DNA of 64,000 nt from an uncultured Actinomycetes bacterium (GTDB taxonomy: Bacteria > Actinomycetota > Actinomycetes > Acidothermales > Acidothermaceae), in assembly GCA_963799955.1 (NCBI GenBank), contig CAWCZJ010000009.1:37325-101324 (forward strand), read 5' to 3'. A program made the position numbers and the translations under genes. This document shows positions 31,690-40,957 of the stretch, one piece after another. The notes under the pieces are model-generated. The model ran no database searches and had not been told where the DNA came from. It saw nothing but the letters and a program-made list of their open reading frames with translations. The first letter of the stretch is position 1. Each line of letters begins with the position of its first letter.

Positions 31690-33242
31690 GCGGCCACCCC
31701 CGTGCGCAGGTAGAGGGCCTCATCGATGTCGTCGGCCGTCGGGCGTGAGCGGTCGGCGAGGTCAGCGAGCGTCCATGCGACGCGCAGTACGCGATCCAGG
31801 CCTCGCGCGGACAGCCGGCCGGCATCGAGTGCGCGCTCAGCTGCGGCCAGCGCGGTACGGGCGGGCGCCCACCTGTCTCGCAATTCGCGACCCGGTATGT
31901 CGCTGTTCGTTCGCCACGGGCTACCGGCAAGGCGTTCGGTCGCCCTCGACCTCGCGACGAGCACCCGAGCCGCGACAGTCGAGCTCTGCTCGACATATGC
32001 ACGGTCGGCCATCAACTCGGTGCGGCTGACCGGATCCATCCGCACCTGAAGGTCGACGCGGTCAAGCAGCGGGCCCGACAGCCGGTTGAGGTATCGCCGT
32101 CGAATCAGAGATGAGCAGGTGCATGAGCCCGTCGTTGCGCTCGACGTTGCGCAACCGCACGGGTTAGCGGCGAGCACGAGCAGGAAGCGCGCTGGGTAGC
32201 GAGCGATACCTCCAGATCGGGCGATCGTCACATGTCCCGATTCGAGCGGCTGTCGCAAAGCGTCGAGCACGCCAGACGCGAATTCGGGAGCCTCATCCAG
32301 AAACAAGACGCCGTGATGAGCCAACGACGCAACGCCAGGACGTGCCATCCCGCTACCGCCGCCGACGAGCGCGGCGACCGACGTCGTGTGGTGGGGATCG
32401 CGAAACGGCGGTCGCGTCACCAACGGGCAGTCGCCGGGCAGCACGCCCGCGATCGAGTGCACTGCAGTGACCTCGAGGGCAGCAGCCCGGTCGAGTTCTG
32501 GCAACAACCCTGGCAAGCGGGCCGCGAGCATCGTCTTGCCAGTGCCCGGGTCGCCGAGCAACAGCGCGTGATGGCCACCGGCAGCTGCGACCTCGACCGC
32601 TCGCCGTCCCGATGGCTGACCGAGAACGTCGGAGAGATCCAACTCGACGTCGAAGTGCTCGCCAGCAGGCGATTTCGGGTCAACAAACCCGTCGTCGACG
32701 ACCAACTGAAGCGGCTCCCGCGGTGGCTCGCCGCTGCGCAGGGCAGCAAGGAGTTCGCGCAGCGACACCACCGGCCAGACATCGAGACCGGGCACCAGCG
32801 CGGCCTCGGCCGCATTTGCCGACGGCACCACGACACGGTTGAATCCAGCAGCCGCAGCGGCCATCGCCGCCGGCAACACCCCGCGGATCGGGCGAACACG
32901 ACCGTCAAGGCCGAGTTCGCCGAAGAACACGACGCGCTCAAGCGCCCGCGCGGGCAACCCGCCGCCCGCTGACAAGATCGCTACGGCCATAGAAATGTCG
33001 AACCCGCTGCCGTGTTTGGGCAAGGTGGCCGGCGACAACCCGAGCGTGATGCGGCGTTGCGGCCACGGCTCGCCCGAGTTCAGAATCGCGGCGCGTACAC
33101 GGTCGCGAGACTCCGACAGCGCGGCGTCGGGCAAGCCGATGATCGTCAAGCCCGGCAGCCCAGGTGCAAGATCGGCCTCGACCTCGACGACCGTGCCTTG
33201 CACGCCAGCAAGTGCGACAGACCAGGCCCGCGCCAACGTCAT
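31686..33242 (-). CDS. comM: YifB/ComM family Mg-chelatase-like AAA+ ATPase
   Basis: An ATG at 33242 starts MTLARAWSVALAGVQGTVVEVEADL. Walker A is GDPGTGKT; also GVLFLDEAPEF and the C-terminal ChlI-like domain. Confidence 0.9.
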   Translation of the reverse strand: MTLARAWSVALAGVQGTVVEVEADLAPGLPGLTIIGLPDAALSESRDRVRAAILNSGEPWPQRRITLGLSPATLPKHGSGFDISMAVAILSAGGGLPARALERVVFFGELGLDGRVRPIRGVLPAAMAAAAAGFNRVVVPSANAAEAALVPGLDVWPVVSLRELLAALRSGEPPREPLQLVVDDGFVDPKSPAGEHFDVELDLSDVLGQPSGRRAVEVAAAGGHHALLLGDPGTGKTMLAARLPGLLPELDRAAALEVTAVHSIAGVLPGDCPLVTRPPFRDPHHTTSVAALVGGGSGMARPGVASLAHHGVLFLDEAPEFASGVLDALRQPLESGHVTIARSGGIARYPARFLLVLAANPCGCATSSATTGSCTCSSLIRRRYLNRLSGPLLDRVDLQVRMDPVSRTELMADRAYVEQSSTVAARVLVARSRATERLAGSPWRTNSDIPGRELRDRWAPARTALAAAERALDAGRLSARGLDRVLRVAWTLADLADRSRPTADDIDEALYLRTGVAA

Positions 33243-33270
33243 GAGAACGCCGGCATTAGAACGCTGGCCA

Positions 33271-33714
33271 TTAGAAGGCACCCCGAAGATGCTCAACCGA
33301 CATCGCACCGGACAGTGGCCGCAACACCGACACGACGTCGAAGCGCACCTCGGTGTAGCGGGCAAACTCGGCGTTGCTTGGCGCCGTCGCAAGTGCGCTC
33401 GACAAATCCGCGCTCACGTCCGACGAGGTCGTTCCCGCGCGCTGGTCCGTGAGCCACCGCAAAGCGAGTCGGCGAATGCGAGCGGCCTTGGCGGGCGTGA
33501 CGGCGTCGAGCGGCGTGCCGAAACCGACGCCGCGTCTTGTCTTGACCTCGCACATCACGAGCACGTCGCCGTCGAGCGCGATGATGTCGACCTCGCCGTC
33601 ACGACACCGCCAGTTGCGGGCCACGATCGTCAGGCCTGCGGCAACAAGATGCGCGGCAGCAACCTCCTCGCCGTAACGACCAAGCCCACCGCGATCACTT
33701 GCACGTGCCTTCAT
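33271..33714 (-). CDS. yraN: YraN (UPF0102) family endonuclease-like protein
   Basis: GRYGEEVAAAHLVAAGLTIVARNWRCRDGEVDIIALDGDVLVMCEVKTR...RFDVVSV. The start is uncertain (33714 or 33780). Confidence 0.8.
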   Translation of the reverse strand: MKARASDRGGLGRYGEEVAAAHLVAAGLTIVARNWRCRDGEVDIIALDGDVLVMCEVKTRRGVGFGTPLDAVTPAKAARIRRLALRWLTDQRAGTTSSDVSADLSSALATAPSNAEFARYTEVRFDVVSVLRPLSGAMSVEHLRGAF

Positions 33715-33859
33715 CCGCGCGAAGTCCGAACTGCGCACCACGCCCACCACCTCCGGTGCAAACTCTGGTGGCGAACGCATGCCGAGCGAGCCCATGCAAC
33801 GACCGCTGTGGACGGCCGAGCGGTTGTGGACGACGCGCAAAAGCGCGTTCGAGCCGGTC

Positions 33860-34168
33860 CTAAGACTCGGGAACCTGCAGGTCGCTCTTCGCGAGCTCTT
33901 CGACGTTGACGTCCTTGAACGTGACGACTTTGACGTTCTTCACGAACCGCGCCGGCCGGTACATGTCCCAGACCCAGGCGTCGGACATGCTCACCTCAAA
34001 GAACACTTCACCGCCCGCATTGCGCACGTCGAGCACGTACTCATTCGTCAGGTAGAACCGGCGCTCAGTCTCGATGACGTACTTGAACAGCCCGACGACG
34101 TCGCGGTACTCCCGATAGAGCTGAAGCTCCATGTCGGTCTCGTAGTTCTCGAGGTCTTCCGCGCTCAT
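33860..34168 (-). CDS. DUF2469 family protein
   Basis: MSAEDLENYETDMELQLYREYRDVVGLFKYVIETERRFYLTN... is a highly conserved actinobacterial family that usually lies next to rnhB. Confidence 0.85.
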   Translation of the reverse strand: MSAEDLENYETDMELQLYREYRDVVGLFKYVIETERRFYLTNEYVLDVRNAGGEVFFEVSMSDAWVWDMYRPARFVKNVKVVTFKDVNVEELAKSDLQVPES

Positions 34169-34875
34169 CGAAGCTCCGCAATCGCGGTCGCGTCTGACAG
34201 ATCCAGTTCCACGTCATCATTGTCGCCCAGATCGACCAAGCGCGGCGCCCCGCGGCTCCAATCGGCGTCGACCCGTCTGACGTTGATGAATGACCGCCGG
34301 TGCTCCGCGCACGGTCCGTGCTCGGAGAGCGCGTCTTGATGCTCGGGGGTGATGTAGCCCTTGTGGTCGGCGAAGCCGTAGGCCGGAAAGACATCGTGCA
34401 TCGCGACCATGAGCCGGTCTCGTGTCACTTTGGCGATGACCGACGCCGCCGCGATGCAGGCGGCGACCCGGTCGCCCTTCCAGACGCCCAGGCCGCGGGC
34501 TCCGAAGCCGGCCACCGCGAAACCGTCTGTCAGAACATAAGCCGGGCGGACGCCGAGGGCGGCCACCGCGCGCCGCATCCCCTCGATGTTGGCCTTGTGC
34601 AACCCGATCCGATCGACGTCAGGCGCGGGGATCACCACGGCCGTCCAGGCGAGCGCTCTCGCCACGACCTGCGCGTATACGCGTTCACGCGCGGCTGGAG
34701 TAAGCAGCTTGGAGTCGGCAAGACCTGGCACCTGGCCGCGGCGCTCGTTGGAGAGGATCACCGCCCCGACGACGAGCGGGCCGGCACATGCCCCACGACC
34801 CGCCTCGTCAGCGCCCGCCACCGGCACGAGGCCAGCTTTGGCGAGGCTGCGCTCGAAGGCGTAGAGGTTCCCCAT
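34165..34875 (-). CDS. rnhB: Ribonuclease HII
   Basis: VAGADEAGRGACAGPLVVGAV...DSKLLT...ASVIAKVTRD. Confidence 0.9.
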   Translation of the reverse strand: MGNLYAFERSLAKAGLVPVAGADEAGRGACAGPLVVGAVILSNERRGQVPGLADSKLLTPAARERVYAQVVARALAWTAVVIPAPDVDRIGLHKANIEGMRRAVAALGVRPAYVLTDGFAVAGFGARGLGVWKGDRVAACIAAASVIAKVTRDRLMVAMHDVFPAYGFADHKGYITPEHQDALSEHGPCAEHRRSFINVRRVDADWSRGAPRLVDLGDNDDVELDLSDATAIAELR

Positions 34876-34885
34876 CGCAGGAACC

Positions 34886-36073
34886 TTACGTCGTGTCAGA
34901 GGCCGAATCGCTATCTGGGCCTAGTTGCGACCGTTGCTGCGGCAGCTCGCGTCTGCGCTGTCGACGTCGACGTCGGAGCCGGACCACACCGAGCGGCAGG
35001 ACTGCCGCCAGACCGATCGCGGATGGCAGGGCCGATGTCGTCGTGTTCGAGACCGCAGCAGCATTCGTACTCTTCAGCGCGCCGTACGACGCCGGGATCT
35101 CCAGACGATGGAGTCGCGAGAACGGCCACACGATCACGAACGCCCGCCCGATGACCTTGTTGATCGGGATGGTCCCGCCTCCGGGCAAGCCCGTGTGCGA
35201 ACGTGAGTCGGCCGAGTCATTGCGATGGTCGCCCTCGACCCACAGCCGGCCCGGCGGCACCACGATGTCGAAAGGCAAGGTGCGGTTGTCACTACCGGGA
35301 TACAGGTAGTGCTCCGGCAGCGCTACCCCGTTGACGGTGATCTGGCCCTGGGTGTTGCAGCACACGACGTGATCGCCCGGAACTCCAATGACCCGCTTGA
35401 TGAAGTCTTGTTCGCCTGACGGCGCGAACCCGAGGTAGCTGCCGACCTTGCTGAACTCACGCAAGACCGGGTTGCTGGGTTGGGCGACGCTGCCTTCAGG
35501 CGTCCACGAGTCGACGCCGCTGAAGACGACGACCTGGCCTCGCTGGACGTGCCCCACCTTGTAAGACAGCCGGTTGACGATGACCCGGTCGCCCTTGAGC
35601 AGCGTGTTCTCCATCGACCCCGAGGGGATGAAGAACGCCTGGAACAAGAAACTGTGGACGCCGACGGCGATGGCCGCGGCGATCACCAGGAGGACGACGG
35701 CCTCGACCCAAAACGGTCGAGTCGGTTTCGCGCCCTTGGCCGGCTTGACGCTCTCAGCGGCGGGCGTCTCCGTGGCCTCGGGATCGGCAGCGCCGGTCAG
35801 TCCAACTGCGCCAGCAGGTACGGCTCCACCAAGAGTGTCATCCACACCGGAAATGTCGGCCGCTGAAACGTTGCCCTTAACTGATTTGGGCTGCTTCGGA
35901 GCCTTCGGCGGCTTCGGTGTCTTGCCGGACTTCGGCTTGCGGTGCGCACCCGGTGGTCGTGGTTCACGCCGCTCGACCGTCAGGTCGACGTCGGACCCCG
36001 GCCACATCGATACCGGTGAAGCAATCGGGTGCGCAGGGGCGGTGAGATCGATACCGACCGGCTCGTCGACCAC
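34886..36073 (-). CDS. lepB: Signal peptidase I with a long Lys/Pro-rich N-terminal tail and a C-terminal TM anchor
   Basis: Catalytic boxes IPSGSMENTL, GDRVIVNR, IKRVIGVPGD and GDHRNDSADSR. The N-terminus carries KPKSGKTPKPPKAPKQPKS. The C-terminus carries LPSAIGLAAVLPLGVVRLRRRRRQRRR. The start is uncertain. Confidence 0.85.
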   Translation of the reverse strand: MVDEPVGIDLTAPAHPIASPVSMWPGSDVDLTVERREPRPPGAHRKPKSGKTPKPPKAPKQPKSVKGNVSAADISGVDDTLGGAVPAGAVGLTGAADPEATETPAAESVKPAKGAKPTRPFWVEAVVLLVIAAAIAVGVHSFLFQAFFIPSGSMENTLLKGDRVIVNRLSYKVGHVQRGQVVVFSGVDSWTPEGSVAQPSNPVLREFSKVGSYLGFAPSGEQDFIKRVIGVPGDHVVCCNTQGQITVNGVALPEHYLYPGSDNRTLPFDIVVPPGRLWVEGDHRNDSADSRSHTGLPGGGTIPINKVIGRAFVIVWPFSRLHRLEIPASYGALKSTNAAAVSNTTTSALPSAIGLAAVLPLGVVRLRRRRRQRRRELPQQRSQLGPDSDSASDTT

Positions 36074-36117
36074 GGGATCAGGCGGGGAGGTTGTGCGATC
36101 GCCGGCGTCGCGTGACG

Positions 36118-36477
36118 TCAGCGCGCCGGGGTGGTGTCGCGCTTCTCGCGGATCTTGGCCTTCTTGCCCCGAAGCTCGCGCAGGTAGTACAGCTTCGCCC
36201 GACGGACGTCGCCGCGAGTGACGACCTCGATCTTGTCGAGCACCGGCGTGTGGACCGGGAAGGTGCGCTCGACCCCGACACCGAAGCTGACCTTGCGGAC
36301 AGTGAACGTCTCGCGCACACCGTTGCCCTGACGGCGGATCACGACGCCCTGAAAGACCTGGACACGCGACCGGGTGCCCTCAACGACTCGAACGTGCACC
36401 TTCAAGGTGTCGCCGGGCCGGAAATCGGGGACGTCCGAGCGCAACGAGGCGGCGTCGAGTGAGTCCAAGGTGTGCAT
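36118..36477 (-). CDS. rplS: 50S ribosomal protein L19
   Basis: [33 protein letters not shown]...; 119 aa. Confidence 0.95.
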   Translation of the reverse strand: MHTLDSLDAASLRSDVPDFRPGDTLKVHVRVVEGTRSRVQVFQGVVIRRQGNGVRETFTVRKVSFGVGVERTFPVHTPVLDKIEVVTRGDVRRAKLYYLRELRGKKAKIREKRDTTPAR

Positions 36478-36556
36478 GGCGGTGTCGTCCTGCCTGATGG
36501 GGGCCGGTCAGTGGTGTGCGTGCCCGGCCAGGAAGAGCCAGCTTTGGGCAACCGCC

Positions 36557-37327
36557 CTAGTCTGCCACAGGTCCTCGATGCGACCGAATCGTCTCCTCGA
36601 TCACCGCCGTGTCCCGGTCGGAGACTAGGTCTGGGTCGAGCGCTGCGAGCAGGTCGGGTCGCCGCTCCGCCGTCCGCTGTAACGCCTGATCACGTCGCCA
36701 GCGGGCGATTTCAGCGTGGTTGCCCGACGTGAGGACGGCCGGCACGTCGTGGCCGCGCCAGCTAGGCGGCTTCGTGTAGGCCGGACCTTCGAGCAGGCCG
36801 GCCACGTGCGACTCGTCGACCAACGACTCAGCATTGCCCACGACACCCGGCAACAACCGAACAACTGCTTCCATGACGACGAGGGCGGCCGCCTCTCCCC
36901 CGCCCAGGACGTAGTCGCCGATCGAAAGCTCGTCGACCCTCATCCGTTGCCGCGCCTCTTCGACCACCCGGTAGTCGATGCCCTCGTAGCGACCACACGC
37001 GAACGCCAGCCAAGGCTCTTGGGCATACGCCTCCGCGCGAGCCTGTGTGAACGGCACCCCCGCCGGCGTCGGCACGATCAACAACGGCAACCCATCGGCG
37101 TCCGCCGTAATTGCATCTAGGCACGCACCCCAGGGTTCGGGGCGCATGACCATGCCCGGGCCGCCGCCATAAGGCGTGTCGTCGACGCTTCGATGGACGT
37201 CCTCGGTAAAGGCTCGAAGATCATGCAATCGGACGTCGAGCAAGCCGCGTTCGCGTGCCTTGCCTACCAGCGACAGGGTGAGGGGCGACAGGTAATCGGG
37301 GAAGATCGTGACGATGTCGACGCGCAT
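36557..37327 (-). CDS. trmD: tRNA (guanine37-N1)-methyltransferase
   Basis: [13 protein letters not shown]...YGGGPGMVM...[10 protein letters not shown]...[11 protein letters not shown]. Confidence 0.95.
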   Translation of the reverse strand: MRVDIVTIFPDYLSPLTLSLVGKARERGLLDVRLHDLRAFTEDVHRSVDDTPYGGGPGMVMRPEPWGACLDAITADADGLPLLIVPTPAGVPFTQARAEAYAQEPWLAFACGRYEGIDYRVVEEARQRMRVDELSIGDYVLGGGEAAALVVMEAVVRLLPGVVGNAESLVDESHVAGLLEGPAYTKPPSWRGHDVPAVLTSGNHAEIARWRRDQALQRTAERRPDLLAALDPDLVSDRDTAVIEETIRSHRGPVAD

Positions 37328-37331
37328 CGCG

Positions 37332-37859
37332 TCAGTCCGCGTCGATGGCGTCGGGATCGAGCAGGCCAGGGATCGGCTCGACGACGAGCGTGCCCGTGTC
37401 GAGGTCGACGGTCGGGACGAGTTCGGCGACGAACGGAACGAGAACCTCGACCCCGTCGATGCGGGTGATCGCGAGAACGTCTTGGGCCGGCAGGTGCAGA
37501 ACCTCGGTGACCGTCCCCACCTCGACGCCCGCCGGCGTCAGTGCCCGCAAGCCAACGAGATGGTGGTCGTAGTACTCGTCGGGCTCCGTCGCTCGGTCGG
37601 CTTCGTCGACGTCGATGACGAGCACGGTGCCACGTAGTGCTTCGGCGGCCGTGCGGTCATCAGTGCCGGCGAACCGCACGAGGAGGCGCCCCGAATGCCA
37701 ACGCGAACCGACGATCGTGAGCGGACCGCGCTCTGGCGGATCGGTGGCGACGACGTTGCCGACCGCAAAGCGACCGTCGGGGTCGTCCGTGCGCACCTCG
37801 ACGCCGACCTGGCCTTGGATCCCGTGCGCCCTGCCGATGCGTCCGATGACGAGTTGCAC
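37332..37859 (-). CDS. rimM: 16S rRNA processing protein RimM
   Basis: [24 protein letters not shown]... followed by a C-terminal PRC barrel. Confidence 0.9.
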   Translation of the reverse strand: MQLVIGRIGRAHGIQGQVGVEVRTDDPDGRFAVGNVVATDPPERGPLTIVGSRWHSGRLLVRFAGTDDRTAAEALRGTVLVIDVDEADRATEPDEYYDHHLVGLRALTPAGVEVGTVTEVLHLPAQDVLAITRIDGVEVLVPFVAELVPTVDLDTGTLVVEPIPGLLDPDAIDAD

Positions 37860-37920
37860 GGTGCTCCCAGTCAGCGATGTGCTCCCAGCCCGCGATCTCA
37901 GCCGGAGTTCACGGTGAGGC

Positions 37921-38181
37921 TCAGCGGCCGCCGTCGACGTCGACCAGGTCGACGCGGACCGACGTGCCGCCGAGCGCGGACATCACGGTGCGCAGCGCTC
38001 TCGCGGTACGGCCCATGCGGCCGATGACCTTGCCGAGATCCTCGGGGTGAACACGTACCTCAAGCACCTTGCCGCGGCGTTGTTCGCGGGCGCGCACCTC
38101 GACGTCGTCGGGGTGTTGCACGATCCCCTTGACCAGGTGTTCGAGCGCCTCTTCGAGAACCTCGGTGTCAGCGGTCGGCAC
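37921..38181 (-). CDS. KH-domain RNA-binding protein (YlqC family)
   Basis: LEHLVKGIVQHPDDVEV...VHPEDLGKVIGRMGRTARALRTV; lies between rpsP and rimM, the conserved position. Confidence 0.85.
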   Translation of the reverse strand: MPTADTEVLEEALEHLVKGIVQHPDDVEVRAREQRRGKVLEVRVHPEDLGKVIGRMGRTARALRTVMSALGGTSVRVDLVDVDGGR

Positions 38182-38183
38182 GA

Positions 38184-38801
38184 TCAGCTCTCGTCTGCAG
38201 CTGGGGCTTCAGTGTCAGCAGCCTCGGTCGCCTCGGGTGCAGAGGCGTCGGCGACTTCCTCGGCAAGCGATGCAGCGGCGCGCGGGGACTCCTCGCCGCC
38301 ACTCTGAACCGCCGTGATGGCCTCGATGCCGCCATCTGCTTCCTCGGCCTCGACCGCGACCGCGGCGGCGTCCGACGACTCGGGCGAACTCGGGTCGGGC
38401 GTCTTCTTGGCCGGTGCCTTGCGCGACTTCGGCGTGGTGGCGTCGGGCGCCTCTGCGGCACCGGCGCCTTCCTTGGCGGCGACTTCGAAGGCGATTCGCT
38501 TGTCGGCCTTGGGCTTGGCGACCAGCATCGGCGGCGGCGCGGGCAGTCCCTTGAACTTCTGCCAATCGCCACTCACCTTGAGGATCGCGGTCACTGCCTC
38601 GGTCGGCTGCGCGCCGACGCCGAGCCAGTACGCAGCGCGGTCGGCCTTCACCTCGATGAAGGACGGGTCCTCCTTCGGGTGGTACTTGCCGATCTCCTCG
38701 ATCGACTGGCCGTCACGCTTGGTGCGCGAGTCGGCGACGACGATCCGGTAGTAAGGCGCGCGCATCTTGCCCAGGCGCATGAGCTTGATCTTGACTGCCA
38801 C
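38184..38801 (-). CDS. rpsP: 30S ribosomal protein S16 with a ~100-aa Ala/Glu/Pro-rich C-terminal extension
   Basis: A GTG at 38801 starts [31 protein letters not shown]... The extension begins after [11 protein letters not shown]. Confidence 0.9.
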   Translation of the reverse strand: MAVKIKLMRLGKMRAPYYRIVVADSRTKRDGQSIEEIGKYHPKEDPSFIEVKADRAAYWLGVGAQPTEAVTAILKVSGDWQKFKGLPAPPPMLVAKPKADKRIAFEVAAKEGAGAAEAPDATTPKSRKAPAKKTPDPSSPESSDAAAVAVEAEEADGGIEAITAVQSGGEESPRAAASLAEEVADASAPEATEAADTEAPAADES

Positions 38802-39030
38802 GGGACTCGGGTACTCCAGCTCTGCTGTGACTGAGGTGAGCCGTCGATCGACGTGGTGGGGACCCGGTCGCGACGCCTCGGGACACGATCGGCGAAGGGT
38901 AGAGGGCCCGCGCCGTTCGGTGTTCGACCCGCCATTCTGCCAGACCGACCGCCATGGACGCACATCGGCGAGCTTCCGCGAGAGGCCCACCAGCCCGCCG
39001 TCCCCCGCCCTCTCGGCCTCACCGTCCCGT

Positions 39031-39097
39031 CTTCACACCTGGTGTGGTCGCGAATCAGCCAGATTCGGCGCGTTTTACGACCACACCAGGTGTGAAG
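39031..39097. repeat. Perfect 20-bp inverted repeat with a nested inner hairpin, in the rpsP / ECF-sigma divergent intergenic region
   Basis: cttcacacctggtgtggtcg (39031-39050) and cgaccacaccaggtgtgaag (39078-39097) are exact reverse complements. Each arm contains the near-palindrome CACACC-N-GGTGTG. The 27-nt spacer holds cgaatc-agcca-gattcg followed by gcgcgtttta. Confidence 0.9.
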
Positions 39098-39195
39098 TTG
39101 CCCGTGGTCCGAAGCGCAGCCGGGGTGGTGGGCAACCGGCGCACGCGAGACCGTGTCCTTAGGTACATGACCGCTGCGGCGATGGGAGCGAGCCG

Positions 39196-39735
39196 GTGAA
39201 TCGCGCCGACGAGGACGACTTCAGGTCGTTCGTCGCCGCGCGGTCGCCGTCCTTGCTGTGGTTCGCCCACCTCTTGACGGGCGATCGCCACGCGGCCGAA
39301 GACATCGTCCAGACCGCGCTGGCCAAGACGGCGGCCGGCTGGTCGCGAGTGCGGCGCAAGGAGAATCCGGAGGGGTATGTCCGCCGGGCGATCGTGAACA
39401 CGCACATCAATGCGATGCGGCGCCGGCCGTGGCGAGAACAACCGCGCGAGCACCTTCCCGAGGACATCGACTCGCGCCGCCGTGAGCACGAACTCGACGA
39501 CCGCGACGCGATGTGGCACGCGCTCGCCGGGTTGCCGCCACGGCAGCGCGCGGTGTTGGTGCTGCGCTACTACGAGGACCTATCCGAATCCGACATCGCC
39601 GACGTGCTCGGCTGCAGTCGAGGCACCGTGAAGAGCCAGGCCGCCAAGGGGCTCCTACACCTAGGCGGATCGTTGCGAAGGAGGACGCGTCAACATGACG
39701 GACGTCGAGCAGTTGCTGCGGGAGACGTTGGCTGA
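39196..39735 (+). CDS. ECF (SigE-family) RNA polymerase sigma factor
   Basis: A GTG at 39196. Region 2 is DIVQTALAKTAAGWSRV...YVRRAIVNTHINAMRR. Region 4 is QRAVLVLRYYEDLSESDIADVLGCSRGTVKSQAAKGL. An alternative C-terminus ...HLRRIVAKEDAST*, reached by a 1-nt shift near 39662, would give an ATGA overlap with the next gene. Confidence 0.85.
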   Translation: MNRADEDDFRSFVAARSPSLLWFAHLLTGDRHAAEDIVQTALAKTAAGWSRVRRKENPEGYVRRAIVNTHINAMRRRPWREQPREHLPEDIDSRRREHELDDRDAMWHALAGLPPRQRAVLVLRYYEDLSESDIADVLGCSRGTVKSQAAKGLLHLGGSLRRRTRQHDGRRAVAAGDVG

Positions 39736-40891
39736 TCCACGTCGCCGGCTTGGCCCTGTCCCCGAGATGTACGACACCGTGCGCGAGCGCGCGCATCAAC
39801 GACGGCGGCGCATGGTCCAGGTCGCGAGCGCATTCACCGCCGTTGTCGTCATCGCCAGCGTTGCCACGTCGATCGGTGTCAACTCAGGACATCGCCGCAG
39901 CAACCAGGTCGCGGCGCCGTCGATCACGCCGTCGCCGCAAACGGGGCAGGCGACGTCGGTCGATCTCGGCAAGGGCAGCACGAGCGCCATGGCGGTTACG
40001 TCATCGGGCGTCTTCGTGGCGCGCCAGCAACCCAATGAACTCCTGCAGGTGTCAGCGACGAATCTTTCGATCACCAAGCGGGTTGCCACACCGGATGCAG
40101 TCGACGACATTGCCGTCGATGCGGCGGCGGGGCGGATATGGACGTGGTCAACCGGCCAAGCGTTCGTCGACGACGCAGGGAAGTCGACCGGCACCGATTC
40201 GACGACCATCCATGTCTACGCCACTTCAAGCTTCGCGATCGACGGTGCCGTCACGGTTCCGACCTACTCCTTCGACGCGGCCGCATTGGACGGACAGCTG
40301 TGGCTAGCGACCAACGACGGCCTCTATGTCGTGACGATTGCGGCCAACGGGCCGGTGGCTTCAAAGGTCATAGGTGGAATCGTGTTTTCGGTTGCTGTCG
40401 ACGCCGTGCGTCACCGAATCCTGTACGGCGAGGCGATCAGCACGCCTGGGGCCGCAAACTCGCTGGGAGACATGGTGATCCACGAGATCGACGCAAAATC
40501 CCACGCCGTGATCGGAGCCAGCTCCCCGCTGCCGATCGGCAAGGAGTCGATCGCAGTGGTCGGCGATCAGATCTGGGTCGGCGGCTACGGGTCAGGTTCC
40601 ACTCCGCGCCTGTTCCACCTCGACGGCTCATCCTTGCAACCTCTAGCAACGCAGCTGTCGGGTGCAGACGACTCACTCGGACCCGGTGCGATCGTCTGGC
40701 CCGGCGCCTCCGTGGTGTGGGTACGGTCCGGCGGCAGCGAAGGGCTGGCTTGCATCGACCCGCAGTCCGGCGCCCTGCTGGAACAGTGGCCAGCGGTGCA
40801 AGGCCCGGTGGCTTCCGTTCGGGGCTACGCGTTCGCGGCTAGCGACGGCTCGCTCGATCAGCTGAGTCTGTCGGGCGACTGCACCGGCTAG
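39695..40891 (+). CDS. Single-pass membrane protein with an extracytoplasmic beta-propeller-like domain (putative ECF partner)
   Basis: 398 aa. The N-terminal cytoplasmic part is followed by RRRRMVQVASAFTAVVVIASVATSIGV (TM). After that come repeated strand-rich units (RIWTWS, QLWLATNDGLYVV, QIWVGGYG, VVWVRSGG). No HxxxCxxC anti-sigma motif is present. Confidence 0.7.
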   Translation: MTDVEQLLRETLADPRRRLGPVPEMYDTVRERAHQRRRRMVQVASAFTAVVVIASVATSIGVNSGHRRSNQVAAPSITPSPQTGQATSVDLGKGSTSAMAVTSSGVFVARQQPNELLQVSATNLSITKRVATPDAVDDIAVDAAAGRIWTWSTGQAFVDDAGKSTGTDSTTIHVYATSSFAIDGAVTVPTYSFDAAALDGQLWLATNDGLYVVTIAANGPVASKVIGGIVFSVAVDAVRHRILYGEAISTPGAANSLGDMVIHEIDAKSHAVIGASSPLPIGKESIAVVGDQIWVGGYGSGSTPRLFHLDGSSLQPLATQLSGADDSLGPGAIVWPGASVVWVRSGGSEGLACIDPQSGALLEQWPAVQGPVASVRGYAFAASDGSLDQLSLSGDCTG

Positions 40892-40900
40892 ACCAACCCG

Positions 40901-40953
40901 TCGCAGCCCCGGGTGTACCTCGCAGTGCCAGTTCACAACACCCAGGGCTGCGA
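40901..40953. terminator. Bidirectional stem-loop between convergent genes
   Basis: tcgcagccccgggtgt (40901-40916) pairs with acacccagggctgcga (40938-40953), matching 15 of 16 positions. It lies between the stops at 40891 and 40958. Confidence 0.5.
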
Positions 40954-40957
40954 GGCA

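Noticed and set aside
39125-39165. An ECF-type promoter (GCAAC-N15-CGTGT) upstream of the ECF sigma gene
   Set aside because: It resembles the GGAAC-N16/17-CGT pattern only partially, with both the spacing and the -35 element off. This is not enough to support a call.
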